Shown here piece after piece: positions 8,619 through 17,913 of a stretch of DNA of 28,959 nt. This DNA comes from an uncultured bacterium (GTDB lineage: Bacteria; SAR324; NAC60-12). Under the pieces are notes generated by a model. The model did not search any database. It saw only the letters and a list, made by a program, of their open reading frames with translations, and was not told where the DNA came from. How positions within the stretch are numbered: the stretch's first letter is position 1; the number at the start of each line of letters is the position of its first letter. The stretch is taken from positions 1 to 28,959 of the forward strand of contig CAXGMD010000042.1 of assembly GCA_964010765.1 (NCBI GenBank), in the 5' to 3' direction. The translations under genes and the position numbers were made by a program.

Positions 8619-9980
8619 ATGAATTTATTTAAAAATAAGGGTTTCAATAGGTTTTTCCAGCCGAGTTTTCCTTTTGAGCCAAAGAGATTCCCATTCTTCT
8701 ATGGCTGGTGGATCCTAGTAGTTGCAACCTTTGGAATGCTTGCGAGTATTCCTGGTCAAACAATTGGAGTTGGAGTATTCACGGAGCATTTGCTTAATGT
8801 GTCGAATTTGAGCCGCCTCGATCTGAGCATTGCTTACATGCTTGGTACTGTTGGGAGTAGCTTACTTATTCCATACGGAGGAAAATTATTGGATCTTTTG
8901 GGATCTAGGATCATGATCATCTTTGCCGGATTGGGGTTGGCATTTGCTCTCTTTCTTCTAAAAAATACGGAGGGGTTGTTAGCTTTTCTGAACCAGTTAT
9001 CCTGGCTTTCCCCACTTGTAGTTAGTTTTATCATTCTATCGTTGATCTTCTTGCTCTTGCGTCAGTTTGGACAGGGACTGATGACCATGGTTAGTCGCTT
9101 TGCCTTGTCAAAGTGGTTTGACCGCAGACGTGGGTTAGTGACAGGAATCAACGGTATTTTTGTCTCCTTTGGTTTCTCTTCAGCACCCCTTTTTTTGAAC
9201 ACACTGATTGTAGAGCAGGGTTACCTCGGTAGTATGGTGATCCTTGCAATCATTTGTGGTTTAAGTACCGCTTTCTTAGGTTGGTTGTTTTTCAGAGATC
9301 AGCCTGAAGACTGTGGATTGGAAATGGACGGCTCGCCCCCTCAAAAGTTGGGGGGTATTGATTCCAATCTAGGTTCACCCCAAAACACTACTGCGAAAGA
9401 CCTCCCACTTGAAGAGGTTCGAAAGAGTTTCACCTTTTGGATTTTTACTATGGGGATGGCGTCTTCCTCACTCATCATCACAGGGTTCACCTTTCACATT
9501 GCTTCCATTGGAGAAATGGCGGGCCTGGACCGATCTGCCATCTATTCGATCTTCCTGCCGATTTCAATCATCAGTGTGATCACAAATTTCACTTCTGGTT
9601 GGTTGAGTGATCGCATTCCTCTGAAATATCTGCTGATGGTACTTGTGTTGTCACTCGGCCTAGGGAGTTTCGGAATGTTATATCTTCACGAAACGATTGG
9701 AAGGGTTTTGGTAATTATTGGCTATGGCATTCAGGGAGGAGTATGGGGGTGTCTTTCTGTGGTCACCTGGCCAAGATTTTATGGTCGGAAACACCTTGGC
9801 GCCATCTCAGGCCTCTTCATGGGCGTTGTCATTTTCGCAAGTGCTATCGGTCCAGCTTTTTATGGAATTTCTCAACAAGTAACTGGAAGTTACGATACTT
9901 CAGCATGGGTTGCTGTGTTTATGAACCTAGTCATTTTTGTTGGGGCATTCAAGGCTCACAAAGCTATATCATTCGAATAA
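8619..9980 (+). CDS. Major facilitator superfamily transporter
   Basis: About 12 hydrophobic segments; FFYGWWI, GKLLDLLGSR, KWFDRRRG, GWLSDRIP, YGRKHLGAISG. Confidence 0.92.
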   Translation: MNLFKNKGFNRFFQPSFPFEPKRFPFFYGWWILVVATFGMLASIPGQTIGVGVFTEHLLNVSNLSRLDLSIAYMLGTVGSSLLIPYGGKLLDLLGSRIMIIFAGLGLAFALFLLKNTEGLLAFLNQLSWLSPLVVSFIILSLIFLLLRQFGQGLMTMVSRFALSKWFDRRRGLVTGINGIFVSFGFSSAPLFLNTLIVEQGYLGSMVILAIICGLSTAFLGWLFFRDQPEDCGLEMDGSPPQKLGGIDSNLGSPQNTTAKDLPLEEVRKSFTFWIFTMGMASSSLIITGFTFHIASIGEMAGLDRSAIYSIFLPISIISVITNFTSGWLSDRIPLKYLLMVLVLSLGLGSFGMLYLHETIGRVLVIIGYGIQGGVWGCLSVVTWPRFYGRKHLGAISGLFMGVVIFASAIGPAFYGISQQVTGSYDTSAWVAVFMNLVIFVGAFKAHKAISFE

Positions 9981-10143
9981 TTTATTAAATCAATGCAATG
10001 TTTACAATCCTTGTTTAAGCAGAAAAATTGGTGCTTAGAGAAATTTGATCTAGCTGTGATAGCAACAAATAATAGAAATGAAAGTAAGTAACTTAGTTAT
10101 ACGTATTATTAGAAACTGAAAATCTGAATTCCTTGGTCAAAAT

Positions 10144-11853
10144 TTAGAATTCTTGCTGTGCTACCCAATGATTAGGTTCTACCTCCAGCAGTGGTCCCCT
10201 ATTGAAAGATCGTTCCAGATTTGTATACTTCAGTTTTTGTCTTTTTGTTGGGTCGGGGATGGGCACAGAGTTTATGAGAGATTTCGTGTAACCATTTAAT
10301 GGGTTCTGTAGGACCTGTGACGTGGAGCCTTTTTCAAGTATTCTACCTTCACACAATACAGCAACAGAGTCAGATACCTGCTGAACTACAGCTAAATCGT
10401 GACTTATGAATAAAAAAGAAATATTTTGCTCATCTTTCAATTTTAAGAGTAATTCAAGAATCTGGGCTTGCACAGTCACATCAAGTGCTGAAGTGGGTTC
10501 ATCCGCCACAATAATTTTGGGTTCGGTAGATATTGCTCGTGCTATTGCAATGCGTTGCCTCTGACCTCCTGAAAATTCGTGTGGATATCTCTTTGCCGAA
10601 TCAGGATCTATCCCAACGGCTGTTAGGAGCTTGCGCACTTTTTCTTGGATCTCAGTTGCTCTGTACTTATTCTGAATTATTAATGGTTCCGAAATGCTAT
10701 AACCAATAGTACGCTTGGGATCAAGTGAGCTGTATGGGTCTTGAAAAATAATTTGAATGGTGGACCGAAATCTTTTAAGTTCTGTAGATTTATTACTGTA
10801 AAAATTTAATCCATCAAACCTAATTGTTCCCTTGTCTGCGTTTGTTAGTTTAAGTAAAATTCTTCCAAGTGTAGATTTTCCAGACCCACTCTCGCCAACC
10901 AATGAAACCACTTCACCATGTCCTATTTGTAAACTTATATTTTCGAGGGCATTAACAGAAATTTTCTTTTTCGAAAAAAAAGTATTTCTCAAGAAAGATT
11001 TAGATAAGTTTTCTATCGAAATAAGGTTGGATTTTGGCAAATTTTCTTTAAATTTAGAATTAGAAGTTAGTCGTGGTACTGAAGCTAGTAGTTGTTTAGT
11101 GTAATCTTCATTAGATCCTACAAAAATTTCTTCTACCTTCCCATCCTCAATTTTTTTCCCATCTTTCATCACAAGAACTCTATCAGCTGTTTGAGCTACT
11201 ACACCCATATCATGGGTGATGAGAATCATTGACATTTTTTTTTCTTGGACGAGTGCAGAAAGTAAATCAAGGATTTGAGCTTGAATAGTAACGTCAAGTG
11301 CAGTGGTAGGTTCATCAGCAATGAGGATATTTGGTTCCATCAACATCATCATTGCAATCAAAATTCTCTGTCTCATTCCACCAGAAAATTCATGTGGAAA
11401 TTGCAACATTCTCTCTTTTGAATGTGGAATACCTACACGATTCAACATCTCTAATGCCATCTCATAAGCAATTTTTGAATCTACCTTTCTACTAATAATC
11501 ATTGACTCAGTCAATTGTTCACCAATAGATAAAACAGGATTTAAAGCTGTCATAGGTTCTTGAAAAATTAGTCCAATTTCATGACCCCGGACACTTAACA
11601 TTTCTTTTTCATCAGTCTGAATCAAGTTTTTTTCATAATATCTAATCTCTCCAGATACAGAAAAGTTTTTTGGTAATAGACCCAAAATAGATTTTGCTGT
11701 AATACTTTTACCTGACCCTGATTCCCCTACAATTGATAAAATTTCACTGGGTAACAGTTCAAATGAAAGGTTATCTAATAGAGTTACTTTCTTTGATTCA
11801 TTCGAGGTGGTAATTACCAGATCTTTAACAGTTAATATTGGAGAAACTTTCAT
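10144..11853 (-). CDS. Peptide/nickel-type ABC transporter ATP-binding protein with two fused ATPase domains
   Basis: Two GESGSGKS Walker A motifs, two PHEFSGG signatures, two ADEPT Walker B motifs. Start refined to 11853, overlapping the upstream stop (TGATG). Confidence 0.95.
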   Translation of the reverse strand: MKVSPILTVKDLVITTSNESKKVTLLDNLSFELLPSEILSIVGESGSGKSITAKSILGLLPKNFSVSGEIRYYEKNLIQTDEKEMLSVRGHEIGLIFQEPMTALNPVLSIGEQLTESMIISRKVDSKIAYEMALEMLNRVGIPHSKERMLQFPHEFSGGMRQRILIAMMMLMEPNILIADEPTTALDVTIQAQILDLLSALVQEKKMSMILITHDMGVVAQTADRVLVMKDGKKIEDGKVEEIFVGSNEDYTKQLLASVPRLTSNSKFKENLPKSNLISIENLSKSFLRNTFFSKKKISVNALENISLQIGHGEVVSLVGESGSGKSTLGRILLKLTNADKGTIRFDGLNFYSNKSTELKRFRSTIQIIFQDPYSSLDPKRTIGYSISEPLIIQNKYRATEIQEKVRKLLTAVGIDPDSAKRYPHEFSGGQRQRIAIARAISTEPKIIVADEPTSALDVTVQAQILELLLKLKDEQNISFLFISHDLAVVQQVSDSVAVLCEGRILEKGSTSQVLQNPLNGYTKSLINSVPIPDPTKRQKLKYTNLERSFNRGPLLEVEPNHWVAQQEF

Positions 11854-12695
11854 CAATTTTTCTCTGTTGGGTCTAAAGCACTCCTCAATCCATCTCCCAA
11901 TAGATTGAAACCCAGTACAGTTAAAGCTATGGCAACCCCAGGAATGGTCATTAACCATGGAGCTCTGTTAATATAATCTCTTGAACCTGCTAGCATGTAA
12001 CCCCATTCAGGAAGTGGTGGTTGTGCTCCCAATCCTAGAAAGCTCAATCCAGCAGCTGCAAGGATTGCCGTTGAAACTCCAAGAGTTGAAACAACGATCA
12101 TTGTTGGCAAAACATTGGGTAAGAGGTGATATACTATCAGTCTAAAATGTCCTGCACCACAGGCAATACATGCTTCAAAGTATGGCTTTGAAGATTCGAC
12201 TAAGGCGGCTGAATAGCATATTCTTGCATAGTATGGTATGCCAGCGATCCCTACCGCAATTACAGCATTTTCGAGACTTGGGCCCAATACTGCTACGCAT
12301 GAAAGTGCAATTAGTGTCTCTGTAAATGAAAACAGCACATCCGTGCCTCGCATAAGAATTTGTTCGAGAATTCCTTTCCTGTAAGCAGCAATTAATCCTA
12401 TGAACATGCCGGTACTCAAAGAAATACCAACTGCGGTTGCTCCAATCATTAGGGTAAGGCGGCTTCCATGTAGAATTCGTGAAAGCATATCTCTACCGAA
12501 TTCATCAGTGCCAAGAACATAATTACTGCTTGGCTTTGAAAATCTTTTACCTGCGCCCATTTTAGTTGGGGAATATGGAGATATAACTTCAGCCATCAAT
12601 GCTGAGAAAATAAGGATTGCAACGATTGAAATGCCAATTAATCCGCTAGGTTTAGTTATAAATCTTTTCAAAAAAAACTTTACACCTTCCATCAT
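11853..12695 (-). CDS. Peptide/nickel ABC permease (DppC-like)
   Basis: LGTDEFGRD, HLLPN, LSFLGLG, PEWG, NLLGDGLR. Confidence 0.95.
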   Translation of the reverse strand: MMEGVKFFLKRFITKPSGLIGISIVAILIFSALMAEVISPYSPTKMGAGKRFSKPSSNYVLGTDEFGRDMLSRILHGSRLTLMIGATAVGISLSTGMFIGLIAAYRKGILEQILMRGTDVLFSFTETLIALSCVAVLGPSLENAVIAVGIAGIPYYARICYSAALVESSKPYFEACIACGAGHFRLIVYHLLPNVLPTMIVVSTLGVSTAILAAAGLSFLGLGAQPPLPEWGYMLAGSRDYINRAPWLMTIPGVAIALTVLGFNLLGDGLRSALDPTEKN

Positions 12696-12737
12696 CTGAC
12701 TCTCAAGAAGAATGATTTAGTAAGTATTCTATTTATG

Positions 12738-13661
12738 TCAACTTCTCCTTATTCTTGGATCAATGAAAGCATAAATAACGTCTAGAGAAATTGTAACAAA
12801 GACTACAATTACTGAAAAAGTTAGTATAAATCCCTGGATTATTGGGTAATCTCTTTGGAATATTGCTTCCACTGCCATTCTACCAACTCCATTCCAGGAA
12901 AATATATTCTCTACTACTATCGCTCCTCCCATCATAAAAGCGAATTGCATTCCCATCATTGTCACAAGGGGTATCAATCCCGCCCTCAAAACATGTTTTC
13001 TCAAAACATATTTTTTTGGGAGTCCTTTAGCGAGGGCTGTAATAACAAAATCCTGTTGTAAAATCTCTATCATAGAAGTTCTTGTCAATCTGGCAAATAT
13101 AGCAGCATTAGAAATCCCTAAGGTCAAAGCAGGTAAAACCAAATTTAATAATCCACTTCCACTGACTGGCAACCAACCTAAGTCCACTGCAAAAATAAAT
13201 AATAAAATTAGTCCTAACCAAAAGTGAGGCATTGAAATACCAGAAATAGCTAATATCATAATTAACGTATCGGAAATTGTTCCTTTGTTGTAGGCTGCCA
13301 AAAAACCTAGTGGAACACCCAACAAAATAGCAATCATCATTGCACTAGTTGCCAGAAGTATTGTATTAGGTAGTCTTTGAAAAATTACTTCTAACACTGG
13401 TTGGCCACCTCTAATCGTTTTTCCTAGATCCCCTCTAGATAATTGATCTATATAATTGAGATACTGGATATAAATTGGTTGATCTAATCCTAAATTGATA
13501 CGTACTTGTTCAATCTGTTCAGGTGTACTTCCTTGACTTTGTGCAAACATGATTTGGACTGGATCACCGGGCACAATATGTATCAGAAGAGTCACCAGGA
13601 TTGTGGTGACAAAAATAGTAAAAAAAGCTAATAGAAATTTCGTAAATAAAAATCTAATCAT
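12738..13661 (-). CDS. Peptide/nickel ABC permease (DppB-like)
   Basis: PGDP, LGLDQP, GDLG, ARLTR, AKGL, VENIFSWNGVG, RDYP, DPRIR. Confidence 0.95.
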   Translation of the reverse strand: MIRFLFTKFLLAFFTIFVTTILVTLLIHIVPGDPVQIMFAQSQGSTPEQIEQVRINLGLDQPIYIQYLNYIDQLSRGDLGKTIRGGQPVLEVIFQRLPNTILLATSAMMIAILLGVPLGFLAAYNKGTISDTLIMILAISGISMPHFWLGLILLFIFAVDLGWLPVSGSGLLNLVLPALTLGISNAAIFARLTRTSMIEILQQDFVITALAKGLPKKYVLRKHVLRAGLIPLVTMMGMQFAFMMGGAIVVENIFSWNGVGRMAVEAIFQRDYPIIQGFILTFSVIVVFVTISLDVIYAFIDPRIRRS

Positions 13662-13871
13662 CAGATATAATAGAGTAAATAAAAAAAATATATATGTGGA
13701 AATCCATGGAACTTTGGATGAGTCGTTTAATTAAATTTGTGGCGGAAATTTCAGAAACAGCGCCGGAAGAAATCGGTGGGGAAATTTTGAGTGAATGAAA
13801 TAATCAGATCGATTGGATTTGTCAATTAGGTATTGTAATTGTTTACTCCATTTGAAATTTTACAGAGCGCT

Positions 13872-13904
13872 GTGGACTATTATCATCTTTAATAAATAGT
13901 CCAC
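13872..13904 (-). terminator. Intercistronic inverted repeat downstream of the binding-protein gene
   Basis: GTGGACTATT-N13-AATAGTCCAC: perfect 10-bp inverted repeat about 50 nt after the SBP stop codon. Confidence 0.55.
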
Positions 13905-13953
13905 CTTTTTCAATTAATAAATTTTATTTTAATAATTTACTTGAATTAAAATT

Positions 13954-15507
13954 TCAATTTTCAATTTTCACGTCACTGAAAATGGGATATACGAAGGGTG
14001 CAACCATGAAACCTTTCACTTCTGGTCTTACTGCAAATACCCACTCCCATCCTGGTGTGTAGAGAGGAATGTGTACACCATTTTCCAAGAGATGTTTAAA
14101 TACTTCCTGTACAACAGCTTTACGATCTGCTGGATCACTCAAAACTCGGGTTTCCTCAAGCAGTTTGTCCAGTTCAGGAGTTGTGTATCCTCTATATGCT
14201 CCGGGTGTATGCCAGAGTGCATATAGAATATCTGGATCGTACCATGACCATGTCATCATATCCATGCTTCCTTTGGTGCCGGACTTGTTCTCATTTTCTT
14301 GACGAACCCTTGCATTCATTGATCCGATGTCCATAATCTCAATTTCGGCCTTGATATTCACTTCCGCAAGCTGTGCCTGAAATATTTCAGCGAGCTTTTG
14401 CCTGTTACCACCTGTCCAAACAATCATTGAAGTCTCGAGAGGATTGTCTTCTCCAAAACCCATTTCTGCCAACAAGGCTTTTGCCTTTTCTGGGTCGTAA
14501 TCAGGACGATACTTTTTGCAAAACTCTTGATCATTACCGAAAACACCCCTTGATACGGGACAAGCTTCAGGAATTGAAAGATCACCGTAGATTAGATCAA
14601 TAGCTGTTGCAGGATCTGTTGCATGGCCTACTGCCAATCGAGCACGCTTATCGTTGAAAGGCGGTCGGTGGACTGCAAATTCCCAAAAGACATTTTGTCC
14701 AGTATTTTCTGCAACGATTATTTCCAAATCACCTGAATCTTTAATTGCTGGTACATCATCAAAGGGAGGCTCTGCGACATGTACTTCACCCGTTTTTAAC
14801 GCAGCTAGACGAGCTTGTGGTTCGGGAACTACAGTAATGATGAGACCATCCATGTGTGGGGGACCAGAATTTTTGGCTAGTTTACCAAAGTTACGATATG
14901 ATGGATTTTTTTCGAGAACGATGCGATCTCCCTTAGCCCACGAATTGAATTTCCATGGTCCTGATCCTATGGCCACAGAGGTGCCGAAACCCGATTCATT
15001 TTTGTTAGAATCGCAAATAATTGATGAGAAGCTATCTGCAAGGAAAGAAATTAGAGCAACAAATGGTTTCTCTAATGTAAATTGAATCTTTACTGGGCTA
15101 ATAACTTTAACTTCTGTGATGGGCCCCCAACTTCCTTTGGTCAAACTGGGATTTTCACTATTGAACGCTTTCTCAATCGTGTATTTAATGTCGTTGGCGT
15201 CAAGTGCTGTACCATCATGACATTTGATACCGTCGTTTAATTCAAAAGTGTACACCCTACCGTCACTGCTTGAACTCCAACTTTTAGCGACATGTGGAAC
15301 AATGTTGCCATTTTTGTCAGTGGCCAACATTGTGTCGTAAATCAGACTCCAAACTTGTAGTGATAGTGTGCTTGTGGCTTTGTGGGGATCAAGCGAATCA
15401 ATGTCCCCATACCTTGCCCAAACAATTTCATCAGCATTAATATTTGAGCAGATTATAAAGCTGCTTAGCAGCAAAATTAAACATTTAAAAGCATATTTTC
15501 CAAGCAT
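13954..15507 (-). CDS. Family-5 ABC substrate-binding protein (DppA/OppA-like)
   Basis: Signal peptide; SLDPH, DGRVYTFEL..GIKCHDG, IGSGPW, PPFNDKRAR, YDPEKAKALLAE; AAGGA RBS. Confidence 0.94.
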   Translation of the reverse strand: MLGKYAFKCLILLLSSFIICSNINADEIVWARYGDIDSLDPHKATSTLSLQVWSLIYDTMLATDKNGNIVPHVAKSWSSSSDGRVYTFELNDGIKCHDGTALDANDIKYTIEKAFNSENPSLTKGSWGPITEVKVISPVKIQFTLEKPFVALISFLADSFSSIICDSNKNESGFGTSVAIGSGPWKFNSWAKGDRIVLEKNPSYRNFGKLAKNSGPPHMDGLIITVVPEPQARLAALKTGEVHVAEPPFDDVPAIKDSGDLEIIVAENTGQNVFWEFAVHRPPFNDKRARLAVGHATDPATAIDLIYGDLSIPEACPVSRGVFGNDQEFCKKYRPDYDPEKAKALLAEMGFGEDNPLETSMIVWTGGNRQKLAEIFQAQLAEVNIKAEIEIMDIGSMNARVRQENENKSGTKGSMDMMTWSWYDPDILYALWHTPGAYRGYTTPELDKLLEETRVLSDPADRKAVVQEVFKHLLENGVHIPLYTPGWEWVFAVRPEVKGFMVAPFVYPIFSDVKIEN

Positions 15508-15841
15508 TTTGGATTCCTTTTTAAAGAATTAGAGGCATTTGGTGAGATATGACCTTCCATCCCGAATTGGAGTTAACAGATTAGAAAATTTTTCGACGCA
15601 TTGAATATTCTGCAAATTGGAACCCCGGTATTAGTAATTTATAATTAACTGTTTAAATTATTGATTTCATGTAATTTTAAATTTTTCAGATGATTGAAAA
15701 CAAGAAGGTTAAAGTGATACCCAATTAATCACTTAGCTAAAATTTAATCAAAATTTATGGACTGCTCAAAAATTAGAACAAAATAAATCATAAATATTTA
15801 AATATATAGTCGTCTAAATTGACAAACTTCTGAATTATTTA

Positions 15842-16144
15842 TTTGAGACAGAGGTCACCGCAAAGGGCGATGATAAACAAATTTTTGGGAAAGAACGCGA
15901 ATATGAATTATCGCCGACGGCGTTGGCGCAGTTGCGTCGTTGAGACGAATGAAGTATTCACCGAAATTTGGTGAATGTTATTCGCTCTGGCTATCAGTGG
16001 ACTTAATCTTTGGAAAGGTCTTCGGTTTTGGCTTGGGAAGGAAACTAACAAAAAAGGTAAGGTCTTTAGCAGCAGATCAAGCACATGCCGACGATGGGCT
16101 ATGGCACGGACATGCTGAAGGCCCTCGAGAACTTGATTCCATAA
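15842..16144 (+). pseudogene. Possible decayed 3' gene remnant, family not identified
   Basis: One frame reads FETEVTAKGDDKQIFGKEREYELSPTALAQLRR*DE*SIHRNLVNVIRSGYQWT*SLERSSVLAWEGN*QKR*GL*QQIKHMPTMGYGTDMLKALENLIP*. It has six internal stops, and the last codons are mostly G/C-ending. Confidence 0.35.
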
Positions 16145-16324
16145 ACAAAGCATCAAGTAATAAAGACCCTTGCCACATTATGCGAATCTCTGAACTGCCG
16201 ACTCAGACATTATTTAGCGAGGCTCCATCTTAAAACATCGTGCTAAAGCAAATCAAAAGCAATAGTGGAAGTTTCTTTGCTCATCCATAAGCTAAAAAAC
16301 CCTTAAGCTCTAACGCGAAGTTGA

Positions 16325-17014
16325 CTACCTATCAGACGCCGAAATCTGTAAGGCTTTTGTTACTTTTTCCTGCATTGTAGGAAGCCATTGGCTACCCTCT
16401 TCGCTCGTGATGGCCAACCAAAATAAGAAGGCACAAGCCGCAATTACGGATAATCCAATGCCAAATCCACCTTTTTCTTTTTCCTTCTCGCGGTGAATGG
16501 GTTCGTTCAAGCCTTGCTGAATCACTTCCATTTCCTGAGGCGTGACATGATCGGCAGGGGATGGTGTTGGAATATCAGCATTGACCCTACTTGGCGCACT
16601 ATTGTGGAGGAGTAATCCCTCCACTTCCTTTCGAAGTGTCTGAATATCTGCGGAGAGGGTACCAATCATTTGCTCGGTACGCTGAGAGATCTGCTTCTCC
16701 AACTCCAGAGTCTTTAACAATTCCGACTTTTCCAGGGTCAACACTTCCACCTGCTTTTTCAGAGATGATAACTCTTCTTGCAAAGCAATGATTTGTTGAG
16801 CTGACTCTTGCTCTGCTTTGCCTTTTCGGATTTTTGGAGTGGAAGTCGAATCTTCTTGGAAGGAAATTGCTTGCTGGATTTTTTGGAATTGCTCTTCGTC
16901 CAGAAGTCTTCGTCGACCATCCTGATGAGGATTGATCTCCAATTCCTTCATCAGACGATACAGCTTGGACTTCCCAATCTGTAGATCTTGGGTGAGTTGG
17001 GTCAGTGTAATCAT
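16325..17014 (-). CDS. Uncharacterised protein: N-terminal MerR/excisionase-like HTH, coiled coil, Pro-rich linker, C-terminal transmembrane helix
   Basis: MITLTQLTQDLQIGKSKLYRLMKEL..DGRRRLL (HTH plus wing); heptads IIALQEELSSLKKQVEVL..; TM GFGIGLSVIAACAFLFWLAI. GGAG RBS precedes ATG 17014 (ORF-track start 17038). Confidence 0.75.
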   Translation of the reverse strand: MITLTQLTQDLQIGKSKLYRLMKELEINPHQDGRRRLLDEEQFQKIQQAISFQEDSTSTPKIRKGKAEQESAQQIIALQEELSSLKKQVEVLTLEKSELLKTLELEKQISQRTEQMIGTLSADIQTLRKEVEGLLLHNSAPSRVNADIPTPSPADHVTPQEMEVIQQGLNEPIHREKEKEKGGFGIGLSVIAACAFLFWLAITSEEGSQWLPTMQEKVTKALQISASDR

Positions 17015-17184
17015 CTTTAACTCCAATGTTTGATGCATACCTGCAGTATTTTATTCACTATCCATTAGTGATGGTACTGACGTGACGCTATGATAATCAT
17101 TTCATCTTTTTTTCCCATTAATTTTTTTATGGGAAAAGAATTATCGGTCCCTCCTTTGACGATGAGTTGGAAAAATTAGATTAA

Positions 17185-17913
17185 CTACCAATTTTTTCGA
17201 ATGCTGCTAACGATCGAGTTCAGCCGAGAGTCGCTGATCCCGAGTCCCTGTTCTGCAAGATGACTAGACAATTCCTGCTTCACATTTGAAGGTAGCCGAG
17301 AGGGCATTCCCCAAGGGAAAGTTTTTCTCAATAAATTCTCAATAATAGCTTGTGCACCATTCGTTTGTTGGGACTCCAGTTGTTCATTTACGTGAAATCC
17401 GTTTAATTTTTCTCCCGAATACAATTGACCACTGGCCAATTCATCAGCACTTACCTCTGACATTGAGGTCGGCACTAGATTATTCGAAATATTTTTTTTG
17501 TAATTTTCAATTTCTTGTCGGAGTTTGAGATTTTCACTCTGAAAGTTCATCATCAGTTTTTGCCACTGACTGACTTGTTCGATTAACTCCATATTTTGGG
17601 TCCGCTCTGCTTCTACCTGAGATTTCAGAAAGCCAATCTGATCGCGTAATTCACTGATCAATAAATCCTGTTGTCCAAGATCAATTGCCGATTCCGCGTC
17701 TAGAAGATTTTCCTCTTTTTCATGTTTAGTTTCAGTGGAAGAAATTACTTGGGTTTGTTTTTTCAACAAACCTTTTAGATGTTGATAGTCTTCTTTTTGG
17801 ATCAGCTGCTCACCGCCATTGGAAACCAGCTTGATTCGATAGTCCCTGACGATTCTCTCAAATTCATCGCTTGAAATCCCTAATTTTTTTGCGGCTTCAA
17901 TCGCGGTTTTCAT
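17185..17913 (-). CDS. Uncharacterised protein: N-terminal HTH, coiled coil, small C-terminal helical domain (RacA / pSK1 Par-like architecture)
   Basis: MKTAIEAAKKLGISSDEFERIVRDYRI (HTH); LISELRDQIGFLKSQVEAERTQNMELIEQVSQWQKLMMNFQSENLKLRQEIENYKK (coiled coil). Confidence 0.75.
   Translation of the reverse strand: MKTAIEAAKKLGISSDEFERIVRDYRIKLVSNGGEQLIQKEDYQHLKGLLKKQTQVISSTETKHEKEENLLDAESAIDLGQQDLLISELRDQIGFLKSQVEAERTQNMELIEQVSQWQKLMMNFQSENLKLRQEIENYKKNISNNLVPTSMSEVSADELASGQLYSGEKLNGFHVNEQLESQQTNGAQAIIENLLRKTFPWGMPSRLPSNVKQELSSHLAEQGLGISDSRLNSIVSSIRKNW

Noticed and set aside
13694..13798. 34-codon + strand ORF (MWKSMELWMSRL..GEILSE) in the SBP-permease gap
   Set aside because: Antisense to the operon, no RBS and no recognisable motif.
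15908..16233. ORF-track calls of 82 aa (-) and 97 aa (+)
   Set aside because: No motifs or RBS; better explained as shadows of the possible remnant in another frame.
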